From Myxococcales bacterium (GTDB lineage: Bacteria > Myxococcota > Myxococcia > Myxococcales > Anaeromyxobacteraceae), in NCBI GenBank assembly GCA_038320275.1, contig JBBQEB010000066.1, positions 1 to 19,305 on the forward strand: DNA of 19,305 bases. Direction: 5' to 3'. Under the pieces are notes generated by a model, which worked only from the letters and a program-made list of their open reading frames with translations, searched no databases and was not told where the DNA came from. The position numbers and the translations under genes were made by a program. Below are positions 7,788 through 16,236 of the stretch, in pieces (position 1 is the first letter of the stretch; each line of letters opens with the position of its first letter).

Positions 7788-8177
7788 CTACCGCTTGGAG
7801 AACTGGAAGCGCTTGCGGGCGCCGGGACGGCCGTACTTCTTGCGCTCGACGGCGCGCGCGTCGCGGGTCACGAAACCGGCCTTCTTGAGGACCGGCCGGT
7901 ACTCCGGATTCATCTCCATGAGCGCGCGCGTGATGCCGTGTCGGATCGCGCCGGCTTGGCCGGAGAGCCCGCCGCCGTGCGCCTTCACGAACACGTCGAG
8001 CTTGCCCATCTGGTCGACGAGCTTGAGCGGCTCGACCAGGATCATCTTCGAGGTCTCGCGGCCGAAGTACACGTCGATGGACCGGTCGTTGATCGTGATG
8101 TTGCCCGTGCCGGGCGCGAGGCGGACGCGCGCGACGGACTCCTTGCGGCGGCCGACGGAGATGTGGAGCTGGGGCAT
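7788..8177 (-). CDS. rpsI: 30S ribosomal protein S9
   Basis: [44 protein letters not shown]...[10 protein letters not shown]. Confidence 0.99.
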   Translation of the reverse strand: MPQLHISVGRRKESVARVRLAPGTGNITINDRSIDVYFGRETSKMILVEPLKLVDQMGKLDVFVKAHGGGLSGQAGAIRHGITRALMEMNPEYRPVLKKAGFVTRDARAVERKKYGRPGARKRFQFSKR

Positions 8178-8192
8178 CGCGATTCCTCGATC

Positions 8193-8639
8193 TTACAGCG
8201 AGAGCTTGAGCGCCTGGGGCTTCTGCGCGACGTGCGGGTGCTCGCCCCCAGCGTACACCTTGAGCTTGCGCATCATGTCCCGGCCGAGCGTGCTCCGGGG
8301 CAGCATCCGCCGCACCGCGTTCAGGAAGATCGCGTCGGGGTGGCGCTGCCGGAGCTTCTCGGGCGGGGTCTGCTTGAAGCCGCCGGGGTGCATGGTGTGC
8401 GTGTAGTACAGCTTGTCCGTCTCCTTGTTGCCGCTGAAGCGGACCTTCTCGGCGTTCACCACCACCACGAAGTCGCCCACGTCCATGGAGGGCGTGTAGC
8501 TCGGCTTGTGCTTGCCCTTGAGGACGATCGCGACCTGGCTGGCGGCGCGGCCAACGGGCAATTCCGCCACATCGACGACCCACCACTTGCGGTCCTTCAG
8601 GGCCTCCGACCTCGTCGCGCTGTGGGTGGTCTTGTTCAT
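8193..8639 (-). CDS. rplM: 50S ribosomal protein L13
   Basis: RKWWVVD, GKHKPSYTPSMDVGDFVVVVNAEKV, AVRRMLP, KLKVYAGGEHPHVAQKP; canonical rplM-rpsI operon. Confidence 0.99.
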   Translation of the reverse strand: MNKTTHSATRSEALKDRKWWVVDVAELPVGRAASQVAIVLKGKHKPSYTPSMDVGDFVVVVNAEKVRFSGNKETDKLYYTHTMHPGGFKQTPPEKLRQRHPDAIFLNAVRRMLPRSTLGRDMMRKLKVYAGGEHPHVAQKPQALKLSL

Positions 8640-8677
8640 GGAAGAACCTGCCAGGACTCCGGGAAAATGGAGGGTGC

Positions 8678-8706
8678 CTTTTAGAGGAGCGCCGGGGCGA
8701 TGTCAA
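8678..8706 (-). promoter_or_regulatory. Sigma70-type promoter of rplM-rpsI
   Basis: Minus strand TTGACA (8706-8701), 17-nt spacer, TAAAAG (8683-8678), 38 nt upstream of the rplM ATG. Confidence 0.75.
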
Positions 8707-8761
8707 GGAGCGCGCGCGCCCGACGCCACCGCGGCGCCGTGAAGTTTCGCTCCCCAGCATG

Positions 8762-10786
8762 TCACGCTTTGGGGGCGGAGAGGCGCGCCCGGAGCTTCGA
8801 GAGCACCTCTGCCGACCTCACCGCGACCTCCTGCGGCGAGTCGCGCTCGCGCAGCGGGTCATGCAGCTCGAAGGCTCCCGCGGGCAGATCGGCGAGGAAG
8901 CGGCTGGGCGTCCTTCGCTCGAGCTTGCCGCGCCGGGTGCGGGACACCGCTCGCGTGAGGACGAGCTTCTCCCGGGCGCGGGTGATGCCGACATAGGCGA
9001 GCCGCCGCTCCTCCTCGATGTCGCGCGCCTCGCCCTGGATGCCCGCGCAGGGGAGCAGATCCTCCTCCAGCCCCACCAGGAAGACCAATGGGAACTCGAG
9101 TCCCTTGGCGGCGTGCAGGCTCATGAGCGACACCCCCGCCTCGGCCTTCGCGTCGTCCGCATCGCGCGAGTCGAGGGCGAGCTTCGCCAACCAGTTGGGG
9201 AGCGTCGGCTTCCTCGTGGTCCTCTCCGCCCAGCCGTCCACCGACCGCAGCAAGGACTCCATGGCCTCGACCTTTCGCGTCGCTGCCGCGGCCGACTTCA
9301 CGGAGGCGCGGGCGTGCGCGGCGAGGTCCACCTCCGCCACCAGCGCGCGGGCCGTCGCGCCCAGCGGAGCCGAGCGGAAGCGCTCCGCGTAGCGGTCCAG
9401 GAGCGCGGCGAAGGTGGCCATGCGCTCGGCCGCCGAGCGCGGCAGCCCGGGGATCTCGCCCGCCCGGCGCAGCGCCTCCAGGAGCCCGATGCTCCGCTCC
9501 ACCGCGAAGTCGTGGGCCCGGTCGAGGGAGGCGTCGCCGATACCCCGGGCCGGGACGTTGACGACTCGAGACAGGGCGATCTCGTCGGTGGGATACGCGC
9601 AGACCTTGAGATAACCGAGCACGTCGCGCACCTCGGCCCGGTCGAAGAACGCCGGCCCTCCGCGCACGTGGTACGGCACGCCGAGCTCGCGCAGCGCTTC
9701 CTCCAGCGGCCGCGACTGTGCGTTGAGGCGGTACAGCACGGCAAAATCGGACAGCGCCCGCCCGCTCCCGCGCGCCTTGGCGATGGCCCCCGCCACGTGG
9801 CGCGCTTCCTCCTCCTCGTCCTCGAAGGCGCCTACACCCACCGGCTCGCCCTCCCCGGCCACCGTCCAGAGCAACTTGGGCTTGCGGTGGGGATTCTTGC
9901 CGATGACTGCATTGGCGCAGGCGAGGATGCGGCCGGTCGAGCGGTAGTTCTGTTCCAGCCGCACCTCCACAGCGCCGGGAAAGTGCCGGTCGAAGCGGAG
10001 GATGTTCTTCACCTCGGCGCCGCGCCAGCCGTAGATCGCCTGGTCGTCGTCCCCCACCGCGCACACGTTGCGGCGCTCGCCGCCGAGGAGCTTCAGGAGC
10101 TCGAGCTGGCAGCGGTTCGTGTCCTGGTACTCGTCGACGAGCAGGTAGCGGTAGCGCTCCTGCCAGCGGGCGCGCAGCGCCGCGTCGGCGCGGAGCAGCT
10201 CGACCGGCCGGGCGATGAGGTCGTCGAAGTCGACGGTGCGCTGGGCCCGGAGCGCCGCCTGGTAGCGGGGGAAGACCTCGGCCGCGACCAGGTCGTAGTC
10301 GTCCCCCGCGCCTTCGGGCCGCACGGCCACCGCCGTCCGGAGCGCGTTCTTGGTCCCCGACAGGAGGAAGAGCACGCGGCGCGCGTCGAACGCGCGGTCG
10401 TCCACCTTCACCTCACCCATGCAGCGCTTGACGAGAGCCGCCTGGTCGCCGGCGTCGGCGATGCCGAAGCGTCGCGGCAGCCCCGCCGCGACGTGCTCCT
10501 CCTCCAGGAAGCGCAGGCCGAAGGCATGGAAGGTGGAGACCGCCACCTCGCGTCCGCGGTCGCCCACCAAGGCCGACACCCGCTCGCGCATCTCCGCCGC
10601 GGCCTTGTTGGTGAAGGTCACCGCCAGGATGGCCGCCGGAGGCACCCCGTTCGCGAGGAGCCAGGCCACCCGATGGACGATGACGCGCGTCTTCCCGGAG
10701 CCCGCCCCGGCCAGCACGAGGAGCGGGCCCTCGGTGGTGGTGACGGCCTGGCGCTGCGGTGGGTTGAGGCTGGAGAGGTCGATCAC
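8762..10786 (-). CDS. ATP-dependent DNA helicase, UvrD/Rep/PcrA family (superfamily 1A)
   Basis: 674 aa with LNPPQRQAV, LAGAGSGKTRV, TFTNKAAAEM, LVDEYQDTN, VGDDDQAIYGWRGA, LEQNYRST, SLHAAKGLEF and EERRLAYVGITRA. The C-terminus is short, with no obvious Tudor tail (Rep-like length). Confidence 0.96.
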   Translation of the reverse strand: MIDLSSLNPPQRQAVTTTEGPLLVLAGAGSGKTRVIVHRVAWLLANGVPPAAILAVTFTNKAAAEMRERVSALVGDRGREVAVSTFHAFGLRFLEEEHVAAGLPRRFGIADAGDQAALVKRCMGEVKVDDRAFDARRVLFLLSGTKNALRTAVAVRPEGAGDDYDLVAAEVFPRYQAALRAQRTVDFDDLIARPVELLRADAALRARWQERYRYLLVDEYQDTNRCQLELLKLLGGERRNVCAVGDDDQAIYGWRGAEVKNILRFDRHFPGAVEVRLEQNYRSTGRILACANAVIGKNPHRKPKLLWTVAGEGEPVGVGAFEDEEEEARHVAGAIAKARGSGRALSDFAVLYRLNAQSRPLEEALRELGVPYHVRGGPAFFDRAEVRDVLGYLKVCAYPTDEIALSRVVNVPARGIGDASLDRAHDFAVERSIGLLEALRRAGEIPGLPRSAAERMATFAALLDRYAERFRSAPLGATARALVAEVDLAAHARASVKSAAAATRKVEAMESLLRSVDGWAERTTRKPTLPNWLAKLALDSRDADDAKAEAGVSLMSLHAAKGLEFPLVFLVGLEEDLLPCAGIQGEARDIEEERRLAYVGITRAREKLVLTRAVSRTRRGKLERRTPSRFLADLPAGAFELHDPLRERDSPQEVAVRSAEVLSKLRARLSAPKA

Positions 10787-11364
10787 GCGAGCAGCGCCAC
10801 GATGAAGAAGCCGGCGCCGCCCGCCCCGAGGGCCATCGATCCCGCCCAGACCATGCGGTTGCGCGTGAGCGCCGCCACCGCGCCCAGCGCGATGGCCACC
10901 TGGAAGAACGCCACCGCGTACGCGTATCGATGGTGAAGGTGCATGAGATGCTCGGCCTCGCGCGCCTTCTCGTCGCGCTCGCGCTCCAGCCCCTCGGCCT
11001 CGCCCTTGATCTCCACCTGCTCCTCGGCATAGCGGCCGCGCTTCTCGGCGTGCTCGCCCGGCGGCTCCTTACCCGCGGCCAGCCAGGCGGCCCGGGTGGC
11101 CTCGGCCACCGCCCCTTTCACGCCCTTCGCCTGGTAGTAGGCCCACTGGTCGGAGGCCTGCGCCTGGAGGCGCGTGGCGGCCGTCTCGAGCCGGAGCGCC
11201 TCGTTCACGGTGCCACCGGCGCGCAGCGAGGCGAGCGCGGCCAGCGCCGCCAGGACCGCGGTGGTGAGCGCGATGCGGCGGAGGAAGTTGCCGCCCTCCC
11301 TCTCGAGCTCCTCGTGGATCGCCTCGTGGAGCGTCTCGGTCTCGACCTCAGGGCCTTCGGGCAT
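10783..11364 (-). CDS. DUF4337-like membrane protein
   Basis: 193 aa with a TM segment (IALTTAVLAALAALASL), ASDQWAYYQAKGVK, a coiled coil, then AVAFFQVAIALGAVAALT and a C-terminal TM. Its stop overlaps the helicase start (GTGA). Confidence 0.8.
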   Translation of the reverse strand: MPEGPEVETETLHEAIHEELEREGGNFLRRIALTTAVLAALAALASLRAGGTVNEALRLETAATRLQAQASDQWAYYQAKGVKGAVAEATRAAWLAAGKEPPGEHAEKRGRYAEEQVEIKGEAEGLERERDEKAREAEHLMHLHHRYAYAVAFFQVAIALGAVAALTRNRMVWAGSMALGAGGAGFFIVALLA

Positions 11365-11403
11365 AGGGCCGAGCGGTGTAGCACGGGCGTCCGACCGGCG
11401 CGA

Positions 11404-14001
11404 TCAGGCCGGCGCGTCGAGCACCTCGCGGACGCGGCGCAGGAGCTCGTCCGGCGTGAAGGGCTTCGCCAGGAAGGCGTGACCCGAGCTCGACACTTCC
11501 TCCGACTCGATCTGCCCGCCGGTGTAACCGGAGGTGTAGAGGACGCGCACGCCGGGGCGCATTCCGAGGATGTGCTTTGCGAGCGCGGGACCCCTCATCT
11601 CTGGAAGGATCACGTCGGTGAGCAGGAGGTGGATCCGCTCCGGATAGCCCATGACGATGTCGATGGCCTCGCGCGGTCGGGCGGCCTCTGCCACCTGATA
11701 GCCCGCCCCCTCGAGCACCCGGCGCGCCAGCGTTCGCACCGGAGCGTCGTCCTCCACGAGGAGCACCGTCTCCGTCCCGTCGGCTGGCGCGCGCGGCGCC
11801 TCTCCGTGCGCCTCCGGCGTCCCACCGCGCGCCGCAGGAGACGTCTCGGCGGCGCGCGGCAGGTAGACGTGAAAGGTGGTGCCCTTCCCGGGAGCGCTCT
11901 CCACCCGGATCGCACCTCCACTCTGGGTCACGATTCCGTAGACGGTGGAGAGCCCGAGGCCGGTGCCCTTGCCCGCCGGCTTGGTGGTGAAGAAGGGCTC
12001 GAACATCCGCTTCGCGGTCTGCTCGTCCATCCCCACCCCGCTGTCGGAGATGGTGAGCCGTACCAACTCGCCGCGGTGGAAAGAGGGGCCTTCCTCCAGC
12101 GCCGCCGCCTCGGCGGGAGGGGCATCGTCCACGGCGATGGAGAGGCGTCCTCCGGACGGCATCGCGTCCCGCGCGTTCACCACCAGGTTGAGGATCACCT
12201 GCTCCAGGTGACCGGGGTCGGCCTTCACCTTGCCCGCCCCCGCTGCAAGGCGCGTCTCCAGGCTGATCGCCTCGCCGATGAGCCTGCGCAGCATCTTCTC
12301 GAGGCCACGTACCGTCGCGCCGAGATCCACCACCCTCGGCTCGAGCACCTGCCGCCGGGAGAAGGCGAGGAGCTGTCTCGTGAGGCCCGCCGCCCGCTCC
12401 GCGGCTCCCAGGATCTCGTCCACGTCCGGGGCGCTCGGGTGACCCGCGCCCAGGTCGTCCCTGACGAAGCGCCCGAACGACAGGATGGCGGTGAGGAGGT
12501 TGTTGAAGTCGTGGGCGATCCCGCCCGCGAGCTGCCCGACCGCCTCCATCTTCTGCGCCTGGCGAAGCTGCTCCTCCAGCCGGCGGCCCTCCGTCACGTC
12601 GCGGAAGGCGAGCACCGCTCCGAGGTCCGCTCCCCCCTCGCTCACCTTCGAGACGGCGTACTCCACGGGCAGGAGGGTTCCATCCCTCCTCGAGAAAGTG
12701 GCGGCGAGCTGACGAGGGGCGCTCTCGGAGGGGCTGCCAGCGGCGCGCTCCTCGCCCGGCTCCAGCACCGGCGCCTCGCCCGGCGCGAGCAGCTCCCGGA
12801 CCGCGCGGCCCATGAGGTCGGTCGCGGGCCTGGCGAGAGCGCGCGCGGCGGCGGGGTTCGCGAAGGTGATGCGCCCGTCCCGGTCGAGCCCGAGGAGCCC
12901 CTCCGAAGCCGAGTCGAGGATGAGCGCGTTCTGCCGCGAGAGCCGCTCGATGGAGCGCGCCATGTCGTCGAACGCCGCGCCGAGCTGGTCGAGCTCGCCC
13001 GCGCCGGCGGCCAGGCCGGTACGGGCGCGCAGATCGCCGCGCGCGAGCCGGCGGGCAGCGCGAGTGATGACGTCGATGCGGCGCACGAGCAGGATCTCGC
13101 CCATGGAGAGGGCGGCCACGATGGCGATGATCGCGAGCCCCCCGAAGCCCAGCAGCGTGCGCGTGAAGAGGTCGCGGAGCTGCGCCTGGGCAGCTTCCGT
13201 CGGCAGCCCCAGCGCCACCAGCATCGCCGGCTTTCCTCCCACCCCGGGGACCGGCTCGAGCGCGTAGGCCCGCCGGACCCCGTCGTCGTCTTCGAGCTCG
13301 GCCTGCGCGCTCGCCCCATTCCTCAGCTGTGCGAGGAGTGGCGAGCTCCACTCGGCGCCGACCCCCTGGGCCGCGGGCCGGCGCGCGAGGAGGACGCCGC
13401 GCGAGTCGGCGATCACCGCCACGGCGCCTTCTGGAAGGGTCTGCGCGTCGAGCCGGCGCTGGAGCTCGACCAGGTCGAGCCCGGCCGTGACCACGGCCTC
13501 CACCGTACCGTCCTCGCGCAGCACCGGCGCCGCGAAGTAGAACGATGGCCTTCCATTGATGCGCCCGACGGCGTACTCGCCGGCGGTGAAGGAACGGCTC
13601 TCCAGCACGCCGCGAAAGTGGGCCCGCTCGGCGAGGTTCACGCCGGGGCCCGCCGGGACGGCGGAACAGACCACCGTGCCGCGCATGTCGGCGAGCGAGA
13701 GGTTGTTGAAGATGGTGCTCTCCCGAGCGATGGCAGCCAACATGGGGTCGCAGCGGCGGGCATCGACCGGCGCGGCGAGCGCGGTGATGTGCGACAGCCC
13801 CGCCAGGAGCCCGCGGGCCGACTCGACGGAGCGCTGCTGCTCGTCGGCGAGGAGGCGCCCCGCGCGCTGCGCCTCGGCCCGGACGCCTTCACGGACGCGG
13901 CGATCCGCCTCCCATGCGGCGTACACCAGGAGCGCGATGCCGGGAAGCACCGCGACCAGGACCAGAGCGAGCAGCCGTGATCTCAGGCTGGCAAGGCCCA
14001 G
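11404..14001 (-). CDS. Hybrid sensor histidine kinase/response regulator (TM-dCache-TM-HAMP-PAS-HisKA-HATPase-REC; CckA-like)
   Basis: [24 protein letters not shown]-box, [29 protein letters not shown] and [15 protein letters not shown]; receiver VLLVEDD...[11 protein letters not shown]...FLAKPF. The N-terminus is extended here to CTG 14001 behind SD AGGAGGT (the ORF track starts at GTG 13950). Confidence 0.93.
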   Translation of the reverse strand: MGLASLRSRLLALVLVAVLPGIALLVYAAWEADRRVREGVRAEAQRAGRLLADEQQRSVESARGLLAGLSHITALAAPVDARRCDPMLAAIARESTIFNNLSLADMRGTVVCSAVPAGPGVNLAERAHFRGVLESRSFTAGEYAVGRINGRPSFYFAAPVLREDGTVEAVVTAGLDLVELQRRLDAQTLPEGAVAVIADSRGVLLARRPAAQGVGAEWSSPLLAQLRNGASAQAELEDDDGVRRAYALEPVPGVGGKPAMLVALGLPTEAAQAQLRDLFTRTLLGFGGLAIIAIVAALSMGEILLVRRIDVITRAARRLARGDLRARTGLAAGAGELDQLGAAFDDMARSIERLSRQNALILDSASEGLLGLDRDGRITFANPAAARALARPATDLMGRAVRELLAPGEAPVLEPGEERAAGSPSESAPRQLAATFSRRDGTLLPVEYAVSKVSEGGADLGAVLAFRDVTEGRRLEEQLRQAQKMEAVGQLAGGIAHDFNNLLTAILSFGRFVRDDLGAGHPSAPDVDEILGAAERAAGLTRQLLAFSRRQVLEPRVVDLGATVRGLEKMLRRLIGEAISLETRLAAGAGKVKADPGHLEQVILNLVVNARDAMPSGGRLSIAVDDAPPAEAAALEEGPSFHRGELVRLTISDSGVGMDEQTAKRMFEPFFTTKPAGKGTGLGLSTVYGIVTQSGGAIRVESAPGKGTTFHVYLPRAAETSPAARGGTPEAHGEAPRAPADGTETVLLVEDDAPVRTLARRVLEGAGYQVAEAARPREAIDIVMGYPERIHLLLTDVILPEMRGPALAKHILGMRPGVRVLYTSGYTGGQIESEEVSSSGHAFLAKPFTPDELLRRVREVLDAPA

Positions 14002-14105
14002 GGCACACCTCCTGCCCGGTAGTGTAGCCCGAGCGCGACGCAGGGCGACTTCCCGTCCTCCGGCCGTTCCTTCCCGCCCGGCCGCCGAGGCTCCAAGATG
14101 GCGCG

Positions 14106-14954
14106 GTGAACCCCCTCGTCCTCATGGCGACCGCGCTGGCCACCGTCACGCCTTCACTGTCTGTCGAGCTCGTCCCACCGCGGGCCCGGCCCGGAGATGC
14201 CTTCCTGGTGGTCGTGCGGGGCGCGGGAGAGACGCCGCTCGCCGCGACGGTGGGGGGAAGGCCTCTCCGCTTCTTTCCGGTTCGCGGGGGCATGGCCGCG
14301 GTGGGCGGCCTCCCCGTCGAGACGCCGCCCGGCCCGCTCGCGGTCGAGTTGCAGGGTCCAGCCGAGGCGCGCCCCCGGGTCGTTGCGCGCCTGGAGGTGG
14401 AGCCTGCGCGGTTCCCGCGGCGCGAGCTGGCGGTGGAGAAGCGTTTCGTCGCGCCGCCCTCGCCCGAGTTGCAGCGCCGCATCGACGAGGACCGGGCCGC
14501 CTTCGCCCGCGCCTTCACGCAGCCCCCCGCGGCTCCGCACTTCTCGAGCAACTTCGCGCTCCCGCGCGAGGCCAGGATCACGGCGAATTACGGCGAGGAG
14601 CGCACGCTCAACGCCAGCAAGGCCTCCCAGCACTACGGCATGGACCTCGCCGGGAAGGTGGGAGAGCCCATCGCCGCCGCCAACGCGGGCGTGGTGGTCA
14701 TGGTCCGGGAGTGCTGGGCGGCGGGGCGCGCGGTGGTGCTGTGGCACGGCGGAGACATGTACACCACCTACTTTCACCTCTCGCGCGCGGATGTCCGCGA
14801 GGGCGATCGGGTCCGCCGCGGGCAGCGCATCGGAGCGGTCGGCGCGAGCGGGCGCGTGACCGGTCCGCACCTGCACTGGGGCGTGCGCGTGGGCCAGCTC
14901 TACGTGGATCCGAGGACCGTCCTCGCCCTGCCCTTCGATCGCCTTCTGCGGTAG
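14106..14954 (+). CDS. M23 family metallopeptidase (exported)
   Basis: Signal-like N-terminus; HYGMD (HxxxD), YTTYFHLS, VREGDRVRRGQRIGAVGASGRVTGPHLHWG (HxH), YVDP. Confidence 0.93.
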   Translation: MNPLVLMATALATVTPSLSVELVPPRARPGDAFLVVVRGAGETPLAATVGGRPLRFFPVRGGMAAVGGLPVETPPGPLAVELQGPAEARPRVVARLEVEPARFPRRELAVEKRFVAPPSPELQRRIDEDRAAFARAFTQPPAAPHFSSNFALPREARITANYGEERTLNASKASQHYGMDLAGKVGEPIAAANAGVVVMVRECWAAGRAVVLWHGGDMYTTYFHLSRADVREGDRVRRGQRIGAVGASGRVTGPHLHWGVRVGQLYVDPRTVLALPFDRLLR

Positions 14955-14970
14955 GGAGAAACCTGCCCCT

Positions 14971-15768
14971 CTACGCCAGCCCCGCTCCCCTCACGTCCGC
15001 GAGCACCTGGAGGAGTTGCGGGTGGACCGCTGGCGTGGCGGCACAGATGTGGCCCTCCTGCATCATCGCGTCGCCGCCCACGAAGTCCGTGACGATGCCG
15101 CCCGCCTCCCGGACCAGCAGGATCCCCGGGCCCACGTCCCACGCCTTCAGCTTCATCTCCCAGAACCCGTCGAAGCGGCCGCACGCCACGTAGGCGAGGT
15201 CGAGCGCGGCGCTCCCCATGCGCCGGACGGCGCGGGCGCGCGTCATGTAGGCCGCGAACAGCCGGAGCGGCATCTCGAAGTCCTGGTGGATGTCGTACGG
15301 GAAGCCGGTGCAGAGGAGCGCGCGGTGCAGCTCCCCTCCCTTGGAGACGGAGATGGGCTCGCCATCGAGGGTTGCCCCCTCGCCCCGCGCGCCGAGGAAG
15401 ATCTCGTCGCGGATGGGATCGTACGTCGCCGCGGCGGCGAGCCCCTCCTCGTCCTCCACCGCGACGTTCACCGCGAAGTGTGGGAGGCCGTGCGCGTAAT
15501 TGGTGGTGCCATCCAGCGGGTCCACGATGAAGCGGAGCGGGCCACCGGAGGAGGCGCCCGACTCCTCGGCCAGGATGGCGGCGCTCGGGTGGCGCTCGCG
15601 CAGGAAGGCGAGCAGCACCTCCTCGCTCGCCTTGTCGGCGTCGGTGACGAGGTCGATGCCGCCCTTGTACTCGACCGTCCGGAGCTTGCCGAACCGCTCG
15701 CGGACCACCGCGCCTCCGCGGCGGGCAGCCTCCGCGCACGTCTTCCTCAGTTCGCCGACGTGGGACAT
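14971..15768 (-). CDS. suhB: Inositol monophosphatase family protein (SuhB-like)
   Basis: From ATG 15768: DLVTDADKASE, ILAEES, IVDPLDGTTNYAHG, RRMGSAALDLAYVACGRFDGFWE, WDVGPGILLVREAGG. Confidence 0.92.
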   Translation of the reverse strand: MSHVGELRKTCAEAARRGGAVVRERFGKLRTVEYKGGIDLVTDADKASEEVLLAFLRERHPSAAILAEESGASSGGPLRFIVDPLDGTTNYAHGLPHFAVNVAVEDEEGLAAAATYDPIRDEIFLGARGEGATLDGEPISVSKGGELHRALLCTGFPYDIHQDFEMPLRLFAAYMTRARAVRRMGSAALDLAYVACGRFDGFWEMKLKAWDVGPGILLVREAGGIVTDFVGGDAMMQEGHICAATPAVHPQLLQVLADVRGAGLA

Positions 15769-15892
15769 GTCGCAGGAGGATAGGCACGGACGGCCCAGCC
15801 CGCACGCGGGGGACGGGTCAGGTGTGCAGGATGGACCGGCGGTCGGTTGGGAGCTCGCCCCCGCGAGTGCGGCGCGCCTTTCGTTTGCCTGA

Positions 15893-15921
15893 TCGACGGG
15901 CATGAGGCGGGGCACTAGACT
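15893..15921 (+). promoter_or_regulatory. Putative sigma70 promoter of a leaderless transcript for the 15928 gene and the HDAC gene
   Basis: TCGACG (15893-15898), 17-nt spacer, TAGACT (15916-15921), 6 nt, then ATG 15928; no SD. Confidence 0.55.
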
Positions 15922-15927
15922 GCCGAC

Positions 15928-16227
15928 ATGCTCAAGGCGCTCGCGGTGGTGCGCACCGTCTATCTCGTCTTCATCGTCGGCTACACCATCCGTGCGCTGC
16001 CGATCTTCACGCACGTTGCCAACACCTTCGACGAGAGCTTCGCGCGAAACTCGGCCAAGCTCGAGCTCCTGCAGCGCGCGGCCTGGCTGGCCGTCGGCTG
16101 GATCGCCTTCGACACGCTGGTGGGCTGGCTCCTCGCAGCCCAGGCCACCCGCCGGGCCGCCCGCCTCCGGGCCGCCGCCACGAAGCCTGCCCCGGCCGTC
16201 GCCCCGCCCCCGCCGCCGCGCGCGTGA
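15928..16227 (+). CDS. Small hypothetical membrane protein (two predicted TM helices, Pro-rich tail)
   Basis: 99 aa with hydrophobic segments VVRTVYLVFIVGYTIRALPIF and AAWLAVGWIAFDTLVGWLLAA; GC3-rich codon usage; 9 nt before the HDAC ATG. Confidence 0.75.
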   Translation: MLKALAVVRTVYLVFIVGYTIRALPIFTHVANTFDESFARNSAKLELLQRAAWLAVGWIAFDTLVGWLLAAQATRRAARLRAAATKPAPAVAPPPPPRA

Positions 16228-16236
16228 CGCTTTCGC

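Noticed and set aside
3122..13980. Very long plus-strand ORFs (3122..5275, 4896..6653, 6518..7888, 8759..10936, 10930..13980)
   Set aside because: Antisense to well-supported genes, low-complexity R/G/A/P composition and no domains; typical GC3-bias artefacts.
15815..15837. GGGTCAGGTGTGCAGGATGGACC resembling the SRP (4.5S) RNA core
   Set aside because: It lacks the GNRA tetraloop hairpin and the conserved AGCAG of domain IV.
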